Assembly: GCA_963771275.1 (NCBI GenBank)
Contig: CAVYSW010000003.1
Location: forward strand, 608,001 to 672,000
Source: an uncultured Gemmatimonadales bacterium
GTDB taxonomy: Bacteria > Gemmatimonadota > Gemmatimonadetes > Gemmatimonadales > GWC2-71-9
DNA length: 64,000 bases
Reading direction: 5' to 3'
Within the stretch, counting starts at the first letter, position 1. Every line of letters begins with the position of its first letter. A model generated the notes under the pieces. It had not been told where the DNA came from. It saw nothing but the letters and a program-made list of their open reading frames with translations, and did not search any database. The translations under genes were made by a program, and so were the position numbers. This document shows, in pieces, positions 44,686-53,004 of this stretch.

Positions 44686-45357
44686 ATGCGATACGTTCCG
44701 ACCGCACTCATGGCCATCCCGCTGTTGATCATTCCGATGAAAACCGCGCGCACACAAGCTGCCCCGATCGAGCTCCCGGCCCCGGTGACACGTGGGACCG
44801 TATCGGTCGAGGAAGCGCTGCAGGCCCGGCGCTCGGTGCGCGCCTACGCCGACACGCCACTCACGCTCGCGCAGCTCGGCCAGATCCTGTGGGCGGCGCA
44901 GGGCATCACCTCGGCCGACGGGCACCGCACGGCGCCCTCGGCGGGCGCCACCTATCCGTTGGAGCTCTACGTCGTGGTCGGGAACGTGACCGGCCTGCCG
45001 GCGGGCGTGTACAAGTACCGCCCGCAGGGACACGAGCTGGTACCGCATCTCGATGGAGACGTGCGCGCCACGCTCGCCCGGGCGGCCGTGCGCCAGGGCT
45101 GGGTCACTCAGGCGCCGGTCACGCTGGCGATCACCGCGGTGCCGGAGCGCACCCGCGCGCGCTACGCCGACCGCACCGATCGGTTCGTGGCGATCGAGGT
45201 GGGGCACGTCGGGCAGAACGTGTATCTCGAGGCGGTCGCGCTCGGCCTCGGCACCGTCATGGCGGGTGCGATCGTGGACGACAGCGTCGCGGCCGTGCTG
45301 AAGCTCGACCCAGCCGAGCGACCGCTCGCGGTGATGCCATTGGGGAAGGCGAAATAG
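44686..45357 (+). CDS. SagB/ThcOx-family nitroreductase-like flavoprotein
   Basis: RRSVRAY, LWAAQGIT, RTAPSAGATYPLE and EVGHVGQN. Confidence 0.9.
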   Translation: MRYVPTALMAIPLLIIPMKTARTQAAPIELPAPVTRGTVSVEEALQARRSVRAYADTPLTLAQLGQILWAAQGITSADGHRTAPSAGATYPLELYVVVGNVTGLPAGVYKYRPQGHELVPHLDGDVRATLARAAVRQGWVTQAPVTLAITAVPERTRARYADRTDRFVAIEVGHVGQNVYLEAVALGLGTVMAGAIVDDSVAAVLKLDPAERPLAVMPLGKAK

Positions 45358-45397
45358 AGGGGGAGAGGGGGCAGAGGGGGAGAGGGGGAGAGAGAAG

Positions 45398-46030
45398 ATG
45401 AAGAAGCTCGATCTCAAGAAGGAGCTGAAGCAGTTCTACGCGCCGCGCGCCAACAAGGTCGAGATCGTTGAGGTGCCGGCGTTCCAGTTCGCCATGATCG
45501 ATGGGCGCCTCGAGCCGGGGGTCGGTCCCGACTTGTCGCCTGCCTTCGAGGAGGCGATCGGAGCGCTGTACGGTGTCGCCTACACGCTCAAGTTCATGTC
45601 CAAGCTCCGGGAGAAGAGCGCGATTGACTATCCCGTGATGGCGCTGGAGGGGCTCTGGTGGGGCGACAAAGAGACCTTCGATCTGGCGCACGGGGAGCCC
45701 GCGAGCTGGACCTTGATGATCCTCCAGCCCGATCACGTTACCGCGGCGATGTTTCGCGCCGCCGTGGAGAAGGCCGCAGAGAAGCGGCCCAACTCGTCAC
45801 TCGCCAAGCTCCGGCTGGAGCGGTTCCGCGAGGGGCGGTGCGTGCAGGCGCTGCACGTCGGCCCGTACGCCGACGAGCCGCGGACCGTAGCGCTCATGGA
45901 GGCGTTCGCCACGGAGCAAGGCTACACCTTCCACGGCAAGCATCACGAGATCTACCTCAGCGATCCGCGGCGCTCGAAGCCGGAGAAGCTCAAGACGGTA
46001 CTCAGGCATCCGGTGACAGGGGCGGGATAG
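45398..46030 (+). CDS. GyrI-like small-molecule-binding protein
   Basis: KLDLKKELK, LEGLWW, HVGPYADE and HHEIYLSDPRR. Confidence 0.88.
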   Translation: MKKLDLKKELKQFYAPRANKVEIVEVPAFQFAMIDGRLEPGVGPDLSPAFEEAIGALYGVAYTLKFMSKLREKSAIDYPVMALEGLWWGDKETFDLAHGEPASWTLMILQPDHVTAAMFRAAVEKAAEKRPNSSLAKLRLERFREGRCVQALHVGPYADEPRTVALMEAFATEQGYTFHGKHHEIYLSDPRRSKPEKLKTVLRHPVTGAG

Positions 46031-46180
46031 CGGACGCGGGGAAGGAGTCGTCGCGCAATCCCCGGTCGAACCCGGTGTGCTGGGAGTTGGTAGTGCGTCC
46101 ACCTGTCGCGGCCGCGCCAGATCTGCCGCCTCACCTCACCGAAACGCGGCAAGGGTCGACACCGACGTGCCTCGCCGGAC

Positions 46181-46756
46181 CTACCGCTCGCGGTGCGCTT
46201 GGAACCCGATGCGCGCACGCTCCGGCGACTCCGGGGGCTGCATGAGCCGCCGGATCGCATCGAACACGACCTGAAACCGGCGGTCGTACGCGCGTTCCAA
46301 CTCGTCGAGTCGAAGGGCGAGATCGGCATGGGTGGCCAGCAGGCTCCGAAGTTGCACGAACGCCCGTACGACCTGGATGCTCGCGTGCACCGCCACCGAA
46401 CTGCTCAGCACACTAGCCAACATCACCGCGCCATGCTCTGTGAAGGCCATCGGCGCGTACCGACGACCGCCGTGGCCCGTTCTTGAGGTCGCAATTTGCG
46501 ACCTCAAACCGCGGGCCTCATCTGCAGTCAGCCGAAAGGCGAAGTCATCCGGAAACCGCAGTCGGTTGCGCCGGACCTGCTCATTGAGACGCTTCGTCGA
46601 CACGCCATAGAGCGTGGCGAGGTCGGCGTCCAGCATCACACGCTGGCCGCGAACCACGTGGATGGCGCTTGCGATCTGCGCGATGGGCGGCGAAGCGAGG
46701 GAGCGAGCCGAGCGCACGGCGTCCGTAGCCGGCTGCCTGCGGGGTTTGAGCGGCAT
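46181..46756 (-). CDS. ORF6N domain DNA-binding protein
   Basis: RGQRVMLDADLATLYGVSTKRLNEQVRRN..RFPDDFAF and AFTEHGAVMLASVL. Confidence 0.9.
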   Translation of the reverse strand: MPLKPRRQPATDAVRSARSLASPPIAQIASAIHVVRGQRVMLDADLATLYGVSTKRLNEQVRRNRLRFPDDFAFRLTADEARGLRSQIATSRTGHGGRRYAPMAFTEHGAVMLASVLSSSVAVHASIQVVRAFVQLRSLLATHADLALRLDELERAYDRRFQVVFDAIRRLMQPPESPERARIGFQAHRER

Positions 46757-46973
46757 GTCCCGACTGTACGGCCGTGAGCGCAGCTCCCAGTAACCGTACA
46801 GACGCAGGGCGGTGCGATCACATGCACGGCGTCAATCCTAGCCGAGGCTCAGGGAGAGGGGCCGTGCACGATCCCCGTCGCCTCCAGGACCGCGAGGGGG
46901 AATGGCGCAGGAAAGTCCTACCATGACGAGAGTGCGCGAGCCGCTGCCTCACCGCCCCGGCCGATACTCCGTT

Positions 46974-47373
46974 GCCGACGAGCCGCGCACCGTCGCACGG
47001 ATGGAGGCGCACGCCGCGGAGCAGGGCTACCGGCTCCGACGACTGGCGGGTGCACGCCGCACGCGGCCTGGCGCTCGCCGGCCTGGGACGGGGCCGGGAG
47101 GCGCAGCGCGAAGCGCGCTGGCTCCAGCAGTCCAGGACCTACCGTGAGGACGCCTTAGCTCAGGCATCCATCGGCGAGGACCGGGCGCGGATTCTGGCTG
47201 GGATTGGCGATACGGATGCGGCTCTCGCCGAGATCAAGCGGTTGCTGGCGGGACCCTCCTATAATCTCAGCGTCCACACGCTGCGCCTCGACCCGCGCTG
47301 GGACCCGATCCGCAGCGATCCGCGGTTCCAGGCGCTGCTGGTGAAGTACGCGAACGTGGACCCGGTGCGCTGA
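46974..47373 (+). pseudogene. Chimeric relic: GyrI-like fragment followed by the C-terminal TPR tail of a kinase/adenylate-cyclase-type protein
   Basis: ADEPRTVARMEAHAAEQGY repeats 45869-45925; then ...LRLDPRWDPIRSDPRFQALL with no N-terminus. Confidence 0.7.
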
Positions 47374-47681
47374 GCCCGCTGCGAGATCGAGAATCTCAGT
47401 GCGCCAGTAGTGTGCCAACTCAGGCAAACACGGCCAGGCTCGCGTGTCCCGTAACTACCCGGTTCGCAAGCCGTAGCAGTACACAGCCGAACGAAGCACA
47501 ACTCAGCCAGACTCGCGTTGCACAAGTGGGGGTCGATGGTCTCCTGCTTGGCTGCGGCCCGGCGCTGAGGGAATCCCGGTTCCGAGGCCGCGCCATAGGT
47601 CAGCGCGGAATCACGAGCGTTCGCCTTGCTGTTTCTGCCGCCTGATGTTCGGGTCAGTGAGGTGAGACCGGAGCGCCGTTG

Positions 47682-47748
47682 GACGCGACACCGACGCTGC
47701 GCTGACAGGCCGTTCCATGGATCCGACGCGACACCGACGCCGCGCTGA
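47682..47748. repeat. 24-bp direct repeat, 43-bp period
   Basis: GACGCGACACCGACGC(T/C)GCGCTGA at 47682-47705 and 47725-47748. Confidence 0.8.
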
Positions 47749-47891
47749 GGGGGGCATTCTATCATCGGGCTATTGGTTCGGGGTGCCGCTTCACCCGGCC
47801 TGCCCGAAGGACGCCCTCCCAGCCAGGCGCCCCTCCCGACGACGGGACCGCGCCACCCAAGCGCAGGACTACTCGTGTGCGGAGGTGTGTC

Positions 47892-48395
47892 ATGCGGAAG
47901 ATCACATTCTTACTCGTCCCGTTGTTGCTGCTCGCGTGCGACCGGCAGCCGGTTGCGCCGGTTACGTCACCGGAGCTTGCCGCCGCCGACGTTGGATGGA
48001 CGGAAACGACCTTCAACGAAGACTACATCTACTACTGCCCGTGCCTCGGCGAGGACATGCGTTTCGTGGGCACGACCACAGTCAGAGAGCACGTCGTGAC
48101 GAAGCCTGATGGCACCGCGAGGAGCCACCACCTCTCTTGGTACGCCTCCGACTGGCAGATGATCGGGCAGGTTTCCGGCGATGTGTGGGAAACGGTCAAG
48201 GGCAATCACTGTGAAGGTGTCTGGGAGGTGCCTGCATACTCGGGATTCTTCAGCGACAACATGCGCTGGGTTTTCCGCAACGTGGCGACGGGTGTCGTGT
48301 TGGATTGGCCATTCAAGGCCCACTTCTCGTACAATGCCGCCGGTGAACTCAAGGTAGGCTTCATTGCCGAACCCTGCAGGTTCCGCCACGACTGA
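47892..48395 (+). CDS. Hypothetical lipoprotein
   Basis: GGAGG RBS; MRKITFLLVPLLLLA-C lipobox; beta-rich with CPC. Confidence 0.75.
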   Translation: MRKITFLLVPLLLLACDRQPVAPVTSPELAAADVGWTETTFNEDYIYYCPCLGEDMRFVGTTTVREHVVTKPDGTARSHHLSWYASDWQMIGQVSGDVWETVKGNHCEGVWEVPAYSGFFSDNMRWVFRNVATGVVLDWPFKAHFSYNAAGELKVGFIAEPCRFRHD

Positions 48396-48421
48396 GCACG
48401 CTGGGCCAAGATTGTCAGGTC

Positions 48422-48448
48422 CACCGCCCGGCCCCGCGCCGGGCGGTG
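48422..48448 (+). terminator. GC-rich hairpin
   Basis: CACCGCCCGGC-CCCGC-GCCGGGCGGTG, 11-bp stem after the lipoprotein gene. Confidence 0.5.
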
Positions 48449-48663
48449 CTGTGTCAGACCCTCAGCGCCCCTAGTCTTCGGTCCCGACCGGTTCCTGTTC
48501 GAGATCGAGTTCGCCGCTAAGCTCACGCATCCCGCACATCCTCCCGGTCCACGACAGCGGCCGAACCGGCGGGCCGGCCGATGAGTCTGCGGAGTCATCG
48601 CAACTCGTCGATGCACCGGCAGAGCCGAGTGGGGGATCAGCCGGAGCAGGCACGCGGATGACC

Positions 48664-49029
48664 TCATGACGCCGCGCGTCGCAGGAACACCACTTGGTTC
48701 TTCAGCGCATCCGAGGCAGGGCGGCTGGTCAGCAGCGCCGCGAGCGCACCGATAAGCCCGCCCATGTCGGATGGTGGAATGTGCCGGTCGTTGACCAGCA
48801 CCAGCCCCCAGTAGTCGCGACCAGCCGTCGTCGCGGCGCGGGCGAGGATCGCGAAGTCCCGAACGTTGTACGTCACCAGCGCCCGCCGTTCGTGGATGGC
48901 TCGGGCGAACTGGGCGGGGTCAGACACGCCCAGCGCATCGCGCTCCACCGCCGCAACGACGTCGTGCCCCTGCGCCCGCAGCCCCGATGCCACCTCAGGA
49001 CTGATCATCTCGTCGAGATAGAGCCTCAC
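48664..49029 (-). CDS. PIN-like toxin (DUF5615)
   Basis: RLYLDEMIS, GHDV, SDPAQF and LVTYNVRDF. Confidence 0.85.
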   Translation of the reverse strand: MRLYLDEMISPEVASGLRAQGHDVVAAVERDALGVSDPAQFARAIHERRALVTYNVRDFAILARAATTAGRDYWGLVLVNDRHIPPSDMGGLIGALAALLTSRPASDALKNQVVFLRRAAS

Positions 49030-49430
49030 GCGCCGAGCGCGTCGAGTTCCCGCTCCAGCTGATCGGCGGCCTGCGCGTTCTCCGCGATCCGCGCTTCGAT
49101 CTCACTGGGGTACGCATCCGCGTAGCGGCGCGCGGCGTCAAGCCGATCCGCCGTGAGCCAGGGATAGGCCGCGGCGAGCCGCTGCACGTCGAAGTCGAAC
49201 GCCCGGGCGATCAGCACTACCTCCCAGACGTCCGGACCGCCCACGAGAACCGCCCGGCGGCCTCCCGGCCCGTCCGCGAACCGGATCTGGGGATGCTCCT
49301 GCATGCGCAGCCACTCATCGATCACGCGCCGATACACATCGCTGCCGCTCCCAGCGGCGAGCGATGCGGCCCGCTCGGCCACCCGCTTGGCGACATCGTC
49401 CGGGATTCGGAAGGAGACAGTACGAGCCAC
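49026..49430 (-). CDS. RHH/DUF433-like antitoxin
   Basis: VSFRIPDD; HPQIRFADGPGGRRAVLVGGPDVWEV; YADAYPSEIEARI. Confidence 0.82.
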   Translation of the reverse strand: MARTVSFRIPDDVAKRVAERAASLAAGSGSDVYRRVIDEWLRMQEHPQIRFADGPGGRRAVLVGGPDVWEVVLIARAFDFDVQRLAAAYPWLTADRLDAARRYADAYPSEIEARIAENAQAADQLERELDALGA

Positions 49431-49452
49431 CGCTTTCCTCTCAGTTCGCCAC

Positions 49453-49483
49453 TATGCAAACATCGCATGCATTGCATACATCG
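49453..49483. promoter_or_regulatory. Candidate toxin-antitoxin operator
   Basis: TATGCAA...TTGCATA inverted repeat and TGCA(A/T)ACATCG direct repeat upstream of the antitoxin. Confidence 0.5.
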
Positions 49484-49582
49484 TCAATGGCACCTAGACC
49501 ACAAGCTGTCAACAAATTGTGGTAATGAGAGTTACGGCTGTCACAGCATCGCGCGCGCATGCTCTCGCCGCTGCCCGCCGCT

Positions 49583-51763
49583 TTAGCTCCCCGGCCGATA
49601 CTTCGCCACCAGCTGCGCCGCGATGTCCACCTCCGTGAACGCCACCTTCTTGGTCTGCCCGTTCACGAACATCGCCGTCTGGTCGGTGTGGTGCGGCGAG
49701 TCCGGCCGATTGCTCTCACCGTAGGCCAACACGGAATACGCCCGCGGGCCGTCCTTGCCGAACTCGACCGCGAGCACCCAGCCGTCGCCGCCTGAGACCA
49801 CGCGCTTGCCGTCCGGCGCGTCCTCGAACCAGAACACCCGGAAGCAGCCGTCCCCGCCGGCGCAGCCGTTGGCGGGAAGGTCGACGTCGCCCACCCGCAC
49901 GCGGTGCGCGTCACCCCAGGTGACGTCCCAGCCCCCGAACCGGCGCTTGGTCTCGTCCATCGCCCAGGTGAACAGCCGCGCGGCGCGGTCCGGATCGGCC
50001 AGCCCGTCCGGCGTGGTGGTGGGCTCCGCGGAAGTCCATGGCTTCGCGTACAGCGCACTCGCGCGGGCGGCGCTCGAGCGGCGCGGGCCGGGATCATCGG
50101 GCCGGAGATAGCGCTCGAACCACGTCTCGAACAGCGTGCTCCCGCGCGTCTCAGACGCCACCGTGTTGTCCCACTGCTCGAGCGACTGGACGGCATCCGG
50201 CACTTCGCCCGTGGGGTTGGTGGCCTTGACCGCCGTGAGGAGATCGTCCTTGAACCGCTCGGCCGCCATCATCCGCGGGCTGAACTTGAGCCGGATGACG
50301 TCTTCCAGGCTCATCTTCTTCATCTCGGTCACGAGCGAGAGACTCAGCTGGCTGCGCAAACCCAGCGCCGGGCGGGAGAAGGTGGCGGGGAACCTGGTCG
50401 AGTCGAAGATCGCGTTGAGATTGGTATAGTAGAACGGGTCATTGGCGTTCTGGAGATAGCCGCCCTTGGGGTTCAGCAGCTGGGGCAATTGCTCGAACGG
50501 CACGATCTCCGTCCAGATGTCCGCCGAGCGGTGGGCAGGGATCGCGGCGGTGTCTCCGCCGGACGGTCCGGGAAGCTTGGGGATCGTCCCGTTCCACACA
50601 TAGAAGATGTTCCCGGCGCGATCGGCGTACGTGAGGTTCTGCTCCACGTGCGCCCGCATCCGCATGGCGGCTTTCCATTCGTCGAGGTTGTGCGCCTGCA
50701 TCATCCGCAGGAACTGCTCCGTCTTGCGGTACTCGCCCCACTCGGCCGAGCGGATGACGTAGATCTTCCCTTTCCCGCGCTCGATCACGGGCCCGAGCGG
50801 CGTGCGCCAGAACTCGCGCGTCTCGGTGGACAGCCCGTCGCCGTTCTTCCACGCGACCGTCACCTCGACCCGCTCCAGTGGCACCGAGCCGCCGTCGAAC
50901 AGGTAGTGATCGGACTGGTCGGGATCCACGTCGAGCGCGTAGATCTCTTCCACGTCCACGTAGTTGTTCGTGGTGGCCCAGCCGAGGTTCTCGTTGAAGC
51001 CGCCGTTGAAGTAGAGCGGATAGCCGATCCGGAAATCGCCGTAGAAGTTGATCACGCCGGGAACCGTGAGGTGCGCCTCGTAGTAGCCCGCCTGCCAGTT
51101 GAGGTGCGGGTTGCGCATCAGGATCGCCCGGCCCGACGTCGTGCGGCTCGGCGCGAACGCCCAGGCGTTGGAGCCGGCCCCGAGCGCGCGCAGCGAGTCG
51201 GCCCGCGCGCGGCGCTCTGCCGTGAGCCGGCGCAGGAAGCCGCGCGATGCCGGCTCGACCGTCTCGTCGGTCCATGCCGCCGCGACGTCCTGCGGCGTGA
51301 ACTGCGGGAGCTTCCAGCCGGCGAACTCGTCGGGATGTGTTGCGACGTAGCGGTTCGTTCCCGCCGCGAACCCCTCGCACAGATCGCGCGTGTCCTGGTG
51401 CAGCAGCTGGTAGGTCTCCACCACGCGCTGATGCGTCTGCCGGAACGAGAAGTCCGACTCAATCGAGTCGCGGCCGAACACGGTCGCCAGCTCGCCGCGG
51501 CCGCGCAGCAGGTTCACCACCAGCCGCGAGCCGTAGTCCTCGAGCTGCACCCAGGCGAGCCCGTAGCCCACAGCCGCGAGATCTTGGGCGAGGATGTGCG
51601 GGATGCCGTACGCCGTGCGCCGGATCTCCACGCGCTCGGGGTAGGGCTTGGTCTCCTGAGCCCCCGCGGAGGAGGCCGCGAGAAGAACCACGGCGATCGC
51701 GAGTGTCGTGCGATCCCAGGGGCTATTGCCAACCGAGCGATGTATGAGCCGGATGCGAGGCAT
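49583..51763 (-). CDS. Penicillin acylase family (Ntn hydrolase)
   Basis: YGIPHI, GSNAWA, NPHL and QNAND; true start may be later. Confidence 0.92.
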   Translation of the reverse strand: MPRIRLIHRSVGNSPWDRTTLAIAVVLLAASSAGAQETKPYPERVEIRRTAYGIPHILAQDLAAVGYGLAWVQLEDYGSRLVVNLLRGRGELATVFGRDSIESDFSFRQTHQRVVETYQLLHQDTRDLCEGFAAGTNRYVATHPDEFAGWKLPQFTPQDVAAAWTDETVEPASRGFLRRLTAERRARADSLRALGAGSNAWAFAPSRTTSGRAILMRNPHLNWQAGYYEAHLTVPGVINFYGDFRIGYPLYFNGGFNENLGWATTNNYVDVEEIYALDVDPDQSDHYLFDGGSVPLERVEVTVAWKNGDGLSTETREFWRTPLGPVIERGKGKIYVIRSAEWGEYRKTEQFLRMMQAHNLDEWKAAMRMRAHVEQNLTYADRAGNIFYVWNGTIPKLPGPSGGDTAAIPAHRSADIWTEIVPFEQLPQLLNPKGGYLQNANDPFYYTNLNAIFDSTRFPATFSRPALGLRSQLSLSLVTEMKKMSLEDVIRLKFSPRMMAAERFKDDLLTAVKATNPTGEVPDAVQSLEQWDNTVASETRGSTLFETWFERYLRPDDPGPRRSSAARASALYAKPWTSAEPTTTPDGLADPDRAARLFTWAMDETKRRFGGWDVTWGDAHRVRVGDVDLPANGCAGGDGCFRVFWFEDAPDGKRVVSGGDGWVLAVEFGKDGPRAYSVLAYGESNRPDSPHHTDQTAMFVNGQTKKVAFTEVDIAAQLVAKYRPGS

Positions 51764-51844
51764 CGGGAGTCTCCGAGTCGGACATGACGCCGCGGCGCAC
51801 GTGCGCGGCGGCGATCACAATCTCGCCCCGCGGACACGGAACCC

Positions 51845-52240
51845 TCAAGCCACGCCAGCGATCCGCACGCTCGGATGATGGGTCGCCTGGTCGCGCACGT
51901 AGTCGCTCACCCCTTCCACCACAGCGCTGCTCACCGAGTGGACCATGCATCCGGGCGCCCATTCGAGCTCCGCGCCGCGCCCCGGCTGCCGCTCGCGGTT
52001 CACGCATCTGGCACTGCCGGCTTTGAGATGGTGCAGCAAGCGCGGCAGGAACGTGGTCGGGTGGAGCCGCAGCAGCAGGTGCACGTGGGTGGTGGTGAGC
52101 CCGGCCGCCACGACTCGGCAGCGCTCCCGCCGGGAGACCGCCCGCAGAAAGCGATCGAGCAGCTCAGCTCTGGCGGCATCGATCAGCGGGCGCGCGGCGC
52201 GCGTCCCCCAGGTGACGTGGACATAGAGAAAGTGGCTCAC
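51845..52240 (-). mobile_element. IS200/IS605-like Y1 (HUH) transposase, stand-alone
   Basis: LYVHVTWGT, HVHLLL, LKAGS and YVRDQATHH; no tnpB. Confidence 0.75.
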
Positions 52241-52410
52241 GCGATCACGATGGCACCCAGCCTGCCGCCCGCGGCAACCCTTTCCGCGCCCTGCCCGTCA
52301 TTCGAACGCGCCGACGGGCTCTGGCTCGTCGGCCAGGGACGCGGTACCTTCGCGGACACCCAGCGATCCCATGGTTGCGCGTTTCCGGACGAACGATGCA
52401 GGAGACCGCC

Positions 52411-53004
52411 ATGTCCGACCCGCTTCACCCGCAACTCGCCCAACTCGCGGCCGAGCTCCGCACCGCCACCGACCATGCCCGCGCGCTGGCGGCCGGCCTC
52501 GACGAGGAGGGGTTCGCGCGGCGCCCGACGCCGGAGCGCTGGTCCCCGGCGGAATGCCTGGCGCATCTCAACCTCACGACCCGCGCGTTCCTCCCGCTGA
52601 TCGACGAGGCGCTCGAGCGCGCCCGCGCGTCCGGCCGCCAGGCGAGCGGCCGTTATCGCCGCGACCTGGTGGGGTTCCTGCTCGGGCGGAGCCTCGAGCC
52701 GCCGGCACGGTTCCGCATGGCGACCACCGCGCCCTTCGTACCATCGAGCATCGGTGCCCGGGACGCGGTGGTGGGAGAGCTCGTGGTGCTGCAGGAGGAG
52801 CTGATCCGCCGCGTGCAGATGGCATCCGGGCTCGATCTCAACCGGCTGCGTCTCGCCTCGGCGTTCAACCCGCGGATCAAGTACAACCTGTTCTCGTGTT
52901 TCCACGTGCTGGCGGCGCACGAGCGGCGGCATTTGTGGCAGGCGGAAGGAGCCGCAGACGCCGCTGATGCGGACACCGCTGAATTGGGCACCGCTTTCGC
53001 CTAA
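52411..53004 (+). CDS. DinB_2-family protein
   Basis: WSPAECLAHL and HERRHLWQA; AGGAG RBS. Confidence 0.85.
   Translation: MSDPLHPQLAQLAAELRTATDHARALAAGLDEEGFARRPTPERWSPAECLAHLNLTTRAFLPLIDEALERARASGRQASGRYRRDLVGFLLGRSLEPPARFRMATTAPFVPSSIGARDAVVGELVVLQEELIRRVQMASGLDLNRLRLASAFNPRIKYNLFSCFHVLAAHERRHLWQAEGAADAADADTAELGTAFA

Noticed and set aside
44686..45357. SagB/ThcOx protein as an azole-forming enzyme for the island peptides
   Set aside because: Outside the island, on the opposite strand, with no YcaO cyclodehydratase; stand-alone members are common.
47510..47545. tRNA-like fragment (TTGCACAAGTGGGGGTCGATGGT) as a tRNA or att site
   Set aside because: It resembles an anticodon/variable-arm segment but lacks TTCGA and an acceptor stem; too weak without a search.
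47682..47748. Two 24-bp repeats as a mini-CRISPR
   Set aside because: Only two copies, a 19-bp spacer and no cas genes.
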